DNA of 64,000 bases from an uncultured Spirochaetota bacterium (GCA_963783575.1 CAWAOD010000014.1:379218-443217); one strand, 5' to 3'. Counted from the first letter of the stretch, positions 10,027-18,976 are shown. Made by a program: numbers and translations. Notes: generated from the letters alone by a model not told the origin.

Positions 10027-11240
10027 TGGGAAGAGTAGCAATACCCATTGGACCTCAACATCCCGCCCTTAAAGAACCGGCTAGTTTTACTCTTTATCTT
10101 GAAGGCGAGAGGGTTGCAGCTGCCAATGTTGCACTGGGATATAATCATAGAGGTGTAGAAAAGGCATGTGAAGAGAGAACTTATATTCAGGATATTTATT
10201 TGATAGAAAGAGTTTGCGGAATTTGTTCGCATTCCCATTCCACCTGCTTTATCCAGGCCGTGGAAGAGGTCGCCGGTCTTGAAATACCGAAAAGAGCGGC
10301 ATATATCAGAACTTTGATCGGTGAACTGGAAAGGATTCATAGCCATCTTTTATGGCTTGGGGTTGCCGGCCATGAATTAGGTTTTGACACGCTCTTTATG
10401 TACAGTTGGCGTGACAGGGAGATTGTTATGGATCTTCTTGCTATGCTTACTGGTAACAGGGTAAATTACGGCATCAATACGATCGGCGGAGTTAGAAGAG
10501 ATATCACTCCGGAGCAGGTCCAGGAAATTCTTAAAGCTGTTGATATTTTAGAAGAAAGAACAAAATACTACATACAGGTTGCTTATGAAGAAACAACCCT
10601 AATTGGAAGGCTTGCCGGGGTTGGAAAGCTCGCGACTGCCGATGCCATTCGTTTCGGAGCTACAGGACCAACAGCCCGCGCAGCTGAAGTTAATAAAGAT
10701 GTAAGAAGGGACGATCCCTATGCCGCTTATTCGGAAGTGAGCTTTAATGTGATTACCGATAATCACGCCGATGTTTTGGGAAGGACGATTGTCAGGGTTA
10801 AGGAATTAATGGAAACATTCAGTATAATAAGGCAGGTGTTGAAGCAGCTTCCCGAAGGTCCGATAGCCGTCAGGGCACCCAGAAAAATCCCTGCAGGTGA
10901 AGCAATAAGCCGTTATGAAGCGCCACGGGGTGAAGATGTACATTATGTAAAGGGAAACGGCTCGGAAAAACCTGACCGTGTGAAAGTACGCGCTCCTACA
11001 CTGGCCAATCTTACGGCAATAACTCATATGATCGAGGGCGGTTATCTGGCAGACGTGCCGATAGTTATAGCGGCAATAGATCCATGTTTTTCCTGCACGG
11101 ATAGAATGATAGAAATAAACGACCCTAAAAACGGCCAATCATTAATGAATTGGCAGGGTCTGCATGATTACAGCATAAATTGGTATAAAAACAACGGTAT
11201 AGATTTTAAGAATATTACTTCATTAAGGGAAGGCAGGTAG
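10026..11240 (+). CDS. Group 4 [NiFe]-hydrogenase large subunit (EchE/MbhL/NuoD family)
   Basis: GPQHP, ERVCGIC (L1) and DPCFSC (L2) give all four Ni-Fe cysteine ligands; EAPRGE. Confidence 0.95.
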   Translation: MGRVAIPIGPQHPALKEPASFTLYLEGERVAAANVALGYNHRGVEKACEERTYIQDIYLIERVCGICSHSHSTCFIQAVEEVAGLEIPKRAAYIRTLIGELERIHSHLLWLGVAGHELGFDTLFMYSWRDREIVMDLLAMLTGNRVNYGINTIGGVRRDITPEQVQEILKAVDILEERTKYYIQVAYEETTLIGRLAGVGKLATADAIRFGATGPTARAAEVNKDVRRDDPYAAYSEVSFNVITDNHADVLGRTIVRVKELMETFSIIRQVLKQLPEGPIAVRAPRKIPAGEAISRYEAPRGEDVHYVKGNGSEKPDRVKVRAPTLANLTAITHMIEGGYLADVPIVIAAIDPCFSCTDRMIEINDPKNGQSLMNWQGLHDYSINWYKNNGIDFKNITSLREGR

Positions 11241-11245
11241 TCGAT

Positions 11246-12205
11246 ATGGCGGATATATTACCAAGCATCTTTTCAATTCTTGTTTTCCCCGGCTTCCTAT
11301 TTCTGAGTATTTACAGCCTTATTCTTGAATTTATTGACCGGAAACTTTATGCCAGATTTCAGAACCGTGTCGGACCTCCATGGTTTCAACCGCTGGCAGA
11401 TTTTATTAAACTTATAAGTAAAGAAACCATTATACCTGCCGATGCCGATAAAAGAATGTTTAAATGGCTTCCTGTTTTTGCTCTTACAGCGGTTACGACT
11501 GCTTTTTTATATATACCGATCTGGAGTACCGGATCGCTGCTTCCCTTTAAAGGCGATGTTATTGTAGTACTTTATCTTTTGACCATACCTACTCTGACAT
11601 TTTTCCTCGGCGGATGGCTTTCTTCATCACTTTTTGCGACCCTGGGTTCTGTAAGAACATTAACCCAGCTTTTCGCTTATGAAGTCCCTCTGTTTATGGC
11701 TATACTAGGCCCTGCGCTTCTTGCCGGCGACGCCGGTAACTGGTCAATCAGCGGAATATCAAAATTTTTCAATACGAACCCGCTATATCTCCTTTTCAAT
11801 ATCCCTGCTTTCGCTGTGGCTTTGATCGCCGTTCAGGGGAAGCTTGAAAGGGTGCCCTTCGATATGCCCGAAGCTGAAACTGAAATAGTCGCTGGGGCTT
11901 TTACCGAATACAGCGGCAAGCTTCTTGCTATTTTCAGGATGGCCATCGATGTTGAAATGGTTGTTGTTGCGGCTCTTCTTGCAGCGATTTTTATGCCTTT
12001 TTTTGTTACAACAAACGCAATAGTCAATTTTGTTTTGTTTATAATCAAAACATTGATAGTTGTTTTCTTACTCGCCATAATACGTTCTTCAATGGCAAGG
12101 CTAAGGATAGAACAGATGGTTAAATTCTGCTGGAAGTACTTGACCCCTATCGTTATTATACAAATATTGATTGATTTGATTGTTAAAGGAGTTTTTAAAA
12201 TATGA
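11246..12205 (+). CDS. NuoH/EchB/MbhM-like membrane subunit
   Basis: RK..AR.Q.R.GP, QP.AD..KL..KE, R.PFD.PEAE.E...G...EYSG. Confidence 0.95.
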   Translation: MADILPSIFSILVFPGFLFLSIYSLILEFIDRKLYARFQNRVGPPWFQPLADFIKLISKETIIPADADKRMFKWLPVFALTAVTTAFLYIPIWSTGSLLPFKGDVIVVLYLLTIPTLTFFLGGWLSSSLFATLGSVRTLTQLFAYEVPLFMAILGPALLAGDAGNWSISGISKFFNTNPLYLLFNIPAFAVALIAVQGKLERVPFDMPEAETEIVAGAFTEYSGKLLAIFRMAIDVEMVVVAALLAAIFMPFFVTTNAIVNFVLFIIKTLIVVFLLAIIRSSMARLRIEQMVKFCWKYLTPIVIIQILIDLIVKGVFKI

Positions 12206-12549
12206 GCAGACCGGGAAAAATGATTCCATTTATAATGCGTATGCTTATAAATAAACCTGCTACAGTTCTCTATCCTTACGAAACTGTAAAAATACCTGAA
12301 AATTTCAGGGGAAAACTGGAATTTTACGCTGATAAATGCATAGGCTGTAAAATGTGCATGAGAGATTGCCCTTCTGATGCGATCCTTATTGAAAAGATCG
12401 GGGAGAAACAGTTTAAATGCGAAGTTTACCTTGACCGATGTATTTACTGCGGACAATGCATGGAGAGCTGCCCCAAAAAAGCCCTCAGAAATACAAAGGA
12501 ATTCGAGCTTGCGAATTATACAAGGGATAAGCTTAAGGTTGAAATCTAA
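12202..12549 (+). CDS. 2x[4Fe-4S] subunit (NuoI/EchF/MbhN)
   Basis: CIGCKMCMRDCP and CIYCGQCMESCP. Confidence 0.95.
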   Translation: MSRPGKMIPFIMRMLINKPATVLYPYETVKIPENFRGKLEFYADKCIGCKMCMRDCPSDAILIEKIGEKQFKCEVYLDRCIYCGQCMESCPKKALRNTKEFELANYTRDKLKVEI

Positions 12550-13044
12550 GTGAACATTGATTTTGAAACTGCTATGAAAGACCGGCTAAAATTTGCAAAT
12601 AAAGTCGCTATTTTAGGCATCGGTTCGATTATAATGTCGGATGATGCCGCCGGAATCAGGATTGCGGAAAATCTGCAAAAAAGATTCGTGGATAAGGAAA
12701 AAATAAAAACATATCTCGGCAACACAGCCCCGGAGAACTTTACCGGTGAGATAAAAAATTTTCAACCCGATCATTTGATAATAATCGATGCCGCCGACCT
12801 TAAAGAAAAACCCGGAAGCATAATGATAATCGATCCGGAAGTTATAGATGGAATTTCTTTCAGTACTCATATGCTTCCATTAAGAGTGATGGTTGAATAT
12901 TTGAAAAAAGAAGCCGGTTGTCAGACAACAATACTTGGCGTTCAGCCTGAAAACATTTCCTTCGGTGAGAATTTAAGCCCTTCCGTAGAAATTGCCGTTC
13001 AAGAAATGTCTGATATAATAGGCAACGCTATTCCGGCAGCATAA
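12550..13044 (+). CDS. hycI: Hydrogenase maturation protease (HycI family)
   Basis: GIGS...DDAAG, APEN, IIDAAD, STH..PL. Confidence 0.9.
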   Translation: MNIDFETAMKDRLKFANKVAILGIGSIIMSDDAAGIRIAENLQKRFVDKEKIKTYLGNTAPENFTGEIKNFQPDHLIIIDAADLKEKPGSIMIIDPEVIDGISFSTHMLPLRVMVEYLKKEAGCQTTILGVQPENISFGENLSPSVEIAVQEMSDIIGNAIPAA

Positions 13045-13133
13045 TTCTGCATTCAAAATTCATAGAATATAACTTTCTTTCTTTGCCATTTTATCCATAT
13101 TCTAATCAAAATTTTAAAAGGGGAAAATATATA

Positions 13134-13790
13134 ATGGAAGGTAGAGAAGTATTTGGAATTTTACGATTCAATAAACTTGAATATTTAGAGTCTCTTTTAT
13201 CTGGAAAATTACATATGAAGTTAGGAAGTTATTATCAACAAGAGATAGAAAATATTAGAAAGGACAATAAAGATTGTATTAGTCAGTTGTTACAAAAGGA
13301 TAAAATCACAGTTAAAATTGGAGAGCATATAATTAATTCTGATGATTTAACAAGTCCTGTAATAATAGCTAATTCTTCAGATTTAAATGTGAAAGTAATG
13401 TGTTGTTATGCTATAACAAATGATTTAATTGACAATGGCAAATTGAAATATAATTCAAAAATATTTGAATTTGGTGATTATTTTATTGTATTTCATAATG
13501 CTATTGAATTTACTAATAGAATTCATAAATCTCTTGATAAATCATCTCTAATAAAATGGCATTTAACAGGTAAGTTAATTCAATACAAAGATTTTTCTAT
13601 ATATCATGGAAACGTTGGCCCCTTTATTAAGGATAAAGAATATAGTTATCAAAATGAATGGAGATTTGCAATTTATCATGATGATAAATCCAAAGCAATA
13701 GACTTAGATATTGGAGATATATCTGATATTGCAAGTATTCATAAAACTTGCGATATTGAAAAATTAACAAAAATCACTCATTTAAATTAA
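13134..13790 (+). CDS. Hypothetical AT-rich protein with a K..Y.YQ.E.R motif (loosely DUF2971-like)
   Basis: ATG 13134 after AGGGG; FIKDKEYSYQNEWRF; more AT-rich than the flanking operons. Confidence 0.7.
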   Translation: MEGREVFGILRFNKLEYLESLLSGKLHMKLGSYYQQEIENIRKDNKDCISQLLQKDKITVKIGEHIINSDDLTSPVIIANSSDLNVKVMCCYAITNDLIDNGKLKYNSKIFEFGDYFIVFHNAIEFTNRIHKSLDKSSLIKWHLTGKLIQYKDFSIYHGNVGPFIKDKEYSYQNEWRFAIYHDDKSKAIDLDIGDISDIASIHKTCDIEKLTKITHLN

Positions 13791-13842
13791 AATCTGAATA
13801 GGCATAAAAAAATTAATAATAAGAATCTACCTGAACGAACTT

Positions 13843-14095
13843 GATAGGTATATTATTTTATATTGAGCAAATAGCCTAATATGAACTGAGTTTATTATAA
13901 GCCCTTCGACAAGGCTCTGTGCAGGCTCTGCTCAACAACCGCACATGGACCACAAAAGACAGAAGCGGAACACAGAAACTACATAAGGACTCTTCAAGCA
14001 ACATAAAAACTGTAGCGAACGCAAGTTAGCCATGCCCAAACCATATAAGGCACATGGACGTACCATGATAACTACCCTATAGTCAAACAGGCCGC
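13843..14095. repeat. ~255-bp direct repeat, copy 1
   Basis: Aligns by eye with 14736-14993 from gatagg(t/c)atattattttatattgagca to aactaccctatagtcaaacaggccgc. Confidence 0.9.
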
Positions 14096-14195
14096 CGGAT
14101 TCTTTGGCGTCTATTTCAGTTATTGCAATGAAATACACGGAAATCATTTGCAAATCACAACAATAATCTAAAACAAATTTCTCTAAATCAGTCAT
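13932..14195 (-). pseudogene. 5' gene remnant that reads through into repeat copy 1
   Basis: Strong AAGGAG RBS 7 nt before ATG 14195; only ~33 codons lie outside the repeat. Confidence 0.45.
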
Positions 14196-14263
14196 TTGAA
14201 ATCTCCTTTTATTTCCAATTTTATTTAGTAAGATATATAATAAACATAAAAAGGGGGCCTTTT

Positions 14264-14710
14264 ATGGAAGAAAATTTATCTTATTTAATTTCAATAAGGA
14301 ATAATCTTAAAGCGATGTCTACTCAGATTGCACAAAACAATCCAGACTTTGATTTAAGTCTTTGTTTAGAAATGATTTCAGAATTTAATCTTAAAATAAA
14401 ACTTCAAGAGAAAGCTAAAGAATTAATGACAAATATGAATAAAGTTCTTGGTAATTTGGCAATGGATTTTAAAAACAATGATAATGAACCGTTAGAATTA
14501 AATTTTAAGAAAAGCAATAGAGATTATTTAATATCTTATGATTTTAATAATAATACCAAGGAAGGAGAAATCTGTTTTAGGGATATGACAAAAGATAATA
14601 GTTTTCCAGCAAATACGCTTTATTTAGGTTTAATCTATGAAGTTGTAAATTTTAATGAGTCTTCAGATATTAGGAATCTCAACCTTGATTTACAAAGTAA
14701 GCTTCCTTGA
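14264..14710 (+). CDS. Hypothetical protein (orphan, AT-rich)
   Basis: 148-aa ORF with AGGGGG RBS; no motif recognised. Confidence 0.7.
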   Translation: MEENLSYLISIRNNLKAMSTQIAQNNPDFDLSLCLEMISEFNLKIKLQEKAKELMTNMNKVLGNLAMDFKNNDNEPLELNFKKSNRDYLISYDFNNNTKEGEICFRDMTKDNSFPANTLYLGLIYEVVNFNESSDIRNLNLDLQSKLP

Positions 14711-14735
14711 TTATTACATAATTATGCAACATAGG

Positions 14736-14993
14736 GATAGGCATATTATTTTATATTGAGCAAGTAGCCTAACATGAGTTGAGTTTATTATAAGCCCTTC
14801 GACAAGGCTCTGTACAGGCTCTGCTCAACATCCACATATGGACACACACAAAAGACAGAAGCGGAACATAAAAACTACATAAGGACTCTTCAAGCAGCAT
14901 AAAGACCGTGGCGAACGCAATTTCAACAAGACCAAACCACATATGGCACACACGAACGTGTTATGAGAACTACCCTATAGTCAAACAGGCCGC
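14736..14993. repeat. ~255-bp direct repeat, copy 2
   Basis: Aligns with copy 1; contains GCCTAAC at 14767-14773 and is followed by GTTAGTT at 14999-15005. Confidence 0.9.
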
Positions 14994-15089
14994 TGAACGT
15001 TAGTTCGGCGAGCGGCACGATGTCAATAGCTTTTATTTATTCAATAATAATGCCGAACGAATGTGCGGCGGCGATGTCGCAAGGGCTTG

Positions 15090-17072
15090 TTATTCCTTAT
15101 AAATGCCCAATCCCTCGAACTTTTTTCCATTTGCACGGAAATATGACATGAAGAATTCATAATATTCAAGTCTCAGAGATTGTATCGCTACAATTCCCCC
15201 TTCAAAACCGACGACAAAGAGGTTTCCGATAAGAATGATAAGCCATTGAACGGGAAGTATGTTCGACATTCCGGCAAGGATAAAGAAAGCCCCCATAAGT
15301 GCGGCATGGTTAAGCGCAAAGGCCCCGATTCTCATAAATGATATGGTTTTACTGATGAAAGAAATCAGGGTTTCAAAAACATCGACAAAACCAAGTATCA
15401 TACTTGGCTTTTCTTCATGTTCACCTTCTTCGTGCTTGTGAGGAAAAAGGAGTTCTAGTCTTTTTTCTAAAAGTATCGCTATCATACTTATTAAAATGAT
15501 AATAATAATAGTTATATTTAAAATGCCGGAAAGTGGGAAACCCTTTCCGCTGATCAAAGAATAACCGATGTCGACAAGACCTAAATACAGCAGAAGTCCG
15601 GCAATTCCTGTGGTTGAAAAAAACAAACGCCCGTAATTCCTTTCAAGAATGCTGTTGATAATGCTGAGGATTGTTCCAAGTGTTATGATAACGGCACCGA
15701 AGGCAATAGTAACCATCAATATACCCATGATATTCCCGGAAGGATTCATCCATAGAGGTTTAAAAATATTCTCATGCCCAAAGACGGAACCGTATAAAAA
15801 ACCGAATATTATTGACGATAAGCCTACATAAAACACAACTGTGGCAAAGCTTTTCATCGATTTAAATTTCTTCACCAGCATACCTGTCAATCCGATAAGG
15901 GCAAGAACAAAGCCATGGCCGACATCACCGAACATGGCGCCATACATTAAAACATAAGCGGCTGCGGCAAGAAGAGTCGGATCGATCTCTTTATAATTGG
16001 GTATTCCGAAAGTCGAAACCAGTCCTTCAAAAGGTTTTAAAAATTTTGGATTGGAAAATTTAGTCGGAGGAATAAGGCCTTCCTGAATCATCGCATCAAT
16101 CGCATCCATAGATAGAAAAATACATCTGCCGAAAGTCATTTTTTCAATAGAATCCTTCAATGAATCGACTTCCTGGGCAGGAACCCATCCTGAAAAAAGA
16201 CGAACATTTGCGGTGGAAACCATTTCTCCTTTTAATTTTGACATTGATTGATAATATTGAATATTATATTTCAGATTATGAATTACAGGAATTGATTTTA
16301 CAAAAATTTTATGAAATCTACGCTCAAGCCAGATTTCCTCATCCTTTGAATATGATAGATCGAAAGCGAATTTAACAAGGCTTGATTTTCCATTCGGCTC
16401 AAGATCATAGGGTAAGCCATAATCCTTGAAATAGACATTCTTTAAAATTATTTCTATTTTGCTTTTTTCTTTAATAGGCGCCGCAAATAGTATCAATGCA
16501 TCCGTACCTATGTTGTCTATAAACTGAACGGTAGATGGAATGATACTCATCGCAGAAATAAAGCCCTCATAGCTTGTTGACGGTACAACACCAAAACCCG
16601 CATAAAAATGTTCAAGGTCTTTAAGCCTTGTTAAATCCAGATTTGAACCGTAAAACAGGTTCATTTTCCTTATTTTTATTGCAATATCATTTTGCCTGGA
16701 TCTTAATTCTTCCAGCTTTATATTGTAATCATTCAAATCGGTTTCTATCTCTTTTATCTGTTCTTCAATTTGAAATTCATTTATAACCACCGGTTCCGCA
16801 ATGTAGTCAACTTCACCAATTTCAGAAGCTATCGAGTAATTTTCAAAAGTTGAATGTAAAAAATTAACCCTTCTTTCAAATTCCTGCAGTTTTGCTGAAA
16901 AATCATTTTCCGGTGTTTTTTCAAGAAGATACTTTTTTGCTTTTTCACCAGAAATCTCAATAACCTGAAAATCACCGAATTTGACAATTTCTTTTGATAC
17001 ATTATCAGAAAATTTCTTATGGATGAAAACATCCACTTTCTTCATTCTTTGTGATACAAACATTATCGTCAC
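15090..17072 (-). CDS. atpI: V/A-type ATP synthase subunit I (a)
   Basis: P.Y.EIDPT, YGAMFGDVGHG, SF.RIGAFALNH, QSLRLEYYEF. Confidence 0.95.
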   Translation of the reverse strand: MTIMFVSQRMKKVDVFIHKKFSDNVSKEIVKFGDFQVIEISGEKAKKYLLEKTPENDFSAKLQEFERRVNFLHSTFENYSIASEIGEVDYIAEPVVINEFQIEEQIKEIETDLNDYNIKLEELRSRQNDIAIKIRKMNLFYGSNLDLTRLKDLEHFYAGFGVVPSTSYEGFISAMSIIPSTVQFIDNIGTDALILFAAPIKEKSKIEIILKNVYFKDYGLPYDLEPNGKSSLVKFAFDLSYSKDEEIWLERRFHKIFVKSIPVIHNLKYNIQYYQSMSKLKGEMVSTANVRLFSGWVPAQEVDSLKDSIEKMTFGRCIFLSMDAIDAMIQEGLIPPTKFSNPKFLKPFEGLVSTFGIPNYKEIDPTLLAAAAYVLMYGAMFGDVGHGFVLALIGLTGMLVKKFKSMKSFATVVFYVGLSSIIFGFLYGSVFGHENIFKPLWMNPSGNIMGILMVTIAFGAVIITLGTILSIINSILERNYGRLFFSTTGIAGLLLYLGLVDIGYSLISGKGFPLSGILNITIIIIILISMIAILLEKRLELLFPHKHEEGEHEEKPSMILGFVDVFETLISFISKTISFMRIGAFALNHAALMGAFFILAGMSNILPVQWLIILIGNLFVVGFEGGIVAIQSLRLEYYEFFMSYFRANGKKFEGLGIYKE

Positions 17073-17132
17073 CCGCTACCTAAAATGGTAATCTATTAAG
17101 ATTATGATTTTATTATATTATGATATTATGTT

Positions 17133-17198
17133 CGCTCCCTGAGTGTTTTTCGGTTTTCTTCTTGTTCTACTAGCCCGAAAAATGTATCGAAGGGAGCG
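17133..17198. repeat. REP-like imperfect palindrome inside the ATPase operon
   Basis: cgctccct/agggagcg outer stem, tttttcgg/ccgaaaaa inner stem; CCCTGAG...TCGAAGGG ends. Confidence 0.7.
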
Positions 17199-17208
17199 CA
17201 GATAAATC

Positions 17209-18207
17209 TCAAAAAGCAAGCAGATCCTTGATTTTCTCAATACTCACATTCAGCTTTTTACTCTCTAAAAGCATTATCAAATTTCTAACACTCAGAAAGT
17301 GAAGGATAATAAAACCTAAAAAAACCGCGAGGCTGAAAGGAGTGCCCCTGAGGTATCCCCTTGCTTTATCTGACAGATTCTTATACATTTCTTTTTCTAA
17401 GAGATAATCCTCGGAATAATCCCTTTGAACAAATTTAAACGTTTTCAAATTAGCTACAAAATCATCGGCTTTTTCAGATTCAATCAGTTTTTCATACCTT
17501 TTTCTTGATAAAACGTTCAAAATATTGGGAATAAGAGAAATAACCTGTTCGGTCTGCATACCGTAATTGAACCTGCTTCTATATATCCATAAAATACGGT
17601 TGATTTCAAGAAAAAAGAAAATAAGTTCCTGCGCGACCTTTTTATCTTTAAGAGATAAATGAGAATATTGTTTTTTTAGATTTAGAGCATAATAATTATC
17701 AAGGTTCATTTCAAAATAAAAAGCGTTGTTTTCTTCTTTAACCCTGGGCAGTGAATCCTGAGCCAGACGGTAGTAATCGGTTCCTCCCAGAAACTCCTGC
17801 AGTTCTTCCAGTGTTTTTAGATCCTTGACCATTTCAATCTGAATTTTACTGAATTCTCCAAGCTGATATAAAAAACCGACTGGTTTTTGATTAATAATCG
17901 CCCTGGTTAAAATCTTAAGGTTGTCAATTTCATATATTTTTGACCATTCTTCTATAAAGTCTTTTGTGGTGCCGGAAAGAAATCTCAATCCGCTTTTGAT
18001 AAAGAAAAAGGATTCCTGTTTTAACAATCCTTCAATTTGAACGGTTTCATCCGATTGAATATCTATTTTCTTTGTCCGCTTTTTTAAATAAGCAAGATAT
18101 TCGTTTAACGGCATTCTGGAAAGATCTTCCAGTTCATTTTCTTTAAGTAGAACCGGTATCCAGGATTTGACTTTTGAATAAATAGAAGTATACTCTTCAC
18201 CTATCAT
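17209..18207 (-). CDS. atpC: V/A-type ATP synthase subunit C (d)
   Basis: 332 aa; YEIDNLK.L.R, FE..LD..Y, N.LWIYR...Y; operon context. Confidence 0.8.
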   Translation of the reverse strand: MIGEEYTSIYSKVKSWIPVLLKENELEDLSRMPLNEYLAYLKKRTKKIDIQSDETVQIEGLLKQESFFFIKSGLRFLSGTTKDFIEEWSKIYEIDNLKILTRAIINQKPVGFLYQLGEFSKIQIEMVKDLKTLEELQEFLGGTDYYRLAQDSLPRVKEENNAFYFEMNLDNYYALNLKKQYSHLSLKDKKVAQELIFFFLEINRILWIYRSRFNYGMQTEQVISLIPNILNVLSRKRYEKLIESEKADDFVANLKTFKFVQRDYSEDYLLEKEMYKNLSDKARGYLRGTPFSLAVFLGFIILHFLSVRNLIMLLESKKLNVSIEKIKDLLAF

Positions 18208-18215
18208 ATCAGCCC

Positions 18216-18527
18216 CTATAACTCAAGGATAGTTTGTACTATTTTATCTTTCAAATCCTGCTTTCTTTTCTCCAGATTCTGTTTTTTAAGGACTATTTCA
18301 TTCTGAATTTTTTTCTTCAGTTCATCTTCGTATATTGCAGCTTTTGACATGACAATACCGGTTTTTTCGCTCTTTTCCTTTTGAAAATCATTTTCGAATT
18401 CCTCGGCCAGAATTGTTATTTTTCTTCTTGTTGACACCAGGATACCCTGGGCCTCATTTTGAATATCCTGTTCTTTATTTTTCAGGTTTTCTTCAGTTTT
18501 TATAATAGTTTCTATCAATTCTATCAT
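18216..18527 (-). CDS. V/A-type ATP synthase peripheral stalk subunit G/H
   Basis: Small, charged, coiled-coil-like protein (I..II..EE...) within the operon. Confidence 0.65.
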   Translation of the reverse strand: MIELIETIIKTEENLKNKEQDIQNEAQGILVSTRRKITILAEEFENDFQKEKSEKTGIVMSKAAIYEDELKKKIQNEIVLKKQNLEKRKQDLKDKIVQTILEL

Positions 18528-18976
18528 AATTCATCTCCAACAACAATAACATCCTGGGGAGCAAAAAGCAGTATCTTCCTTTCCAGATCCGAGAATATAT
18601 CCTTCATATACTCTCCTCCGCTTTTTTTAGCTATGCAGATGATCTTGTAAGGTTCATTGTCATGCTTTATATAATCTATAATCGCATCAAAAGGATTACC
18701 TTCCAGGAGGATTTCCGTAACCTTCACCCCTTCTGATTCCCCTTTTCTTTTTGCATAGCTTAAATACTTTTCGGTATTTTTTTTCATACTATCCGCAAAT
18801 AAAGAAGATTCTTCCTTTAGAAAAATTTTATAACGCTCCAGCTTTAGAATCAATTCTCTGTTTATCACACAAATGGCTATAACTTCCATATTAAATTCTT
18901 TTGCCATAGCAATTGCTTTTGTGACAGCTTTTCTTGACTCCGTAGATTCGGTAATCGGGACATATATCTTACCCAT
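18524..18976 (-). CDS. Universal stress protein (UspA family)
   Basis: KIYVP...S..S.KAV..AI..AK, EG.P.DAI, C-terminal AP.DVIVV. Confidence 0.85.
   Translation of the reverse strand: MGKIYVPITESTESRKAVTKAIAMAKEFNMEVIAICVINRELILKLERYKIFLKEESSLFADSMKKNTEKYLSYAKRKGESEGVKVTEILLEGNPFDAIIDYIKHDNEPYKIICIAKKSGGEYMKDIFSDLERKILLFAPQDVIVVGDEL

Noticed and set aside
3170-12549. NADH dehydrogenase (Complex I) or an Mbx/Ehr-type non-hydrogenase
   Set aside because: The large subunit keeps all four Ni-Fe cysteines, HycI is present, and NuoEFG are absent.
14769-14951. 60-aa minus-strand ORF
   Set aside because: It lies entirely inside repeat copy 2, has no RBS, and its frame is not preserved in copy 1.
13843-14993. 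CRISPR array or canonical integron attC array
   Set aside because: There are only two long units with no short repeat-spacer periodicity. Length and box spacing do not fit attC, copy 1 lacks a proper GTTRRRY end, and there is no intI in the window. Kept as an unexplained repeat.
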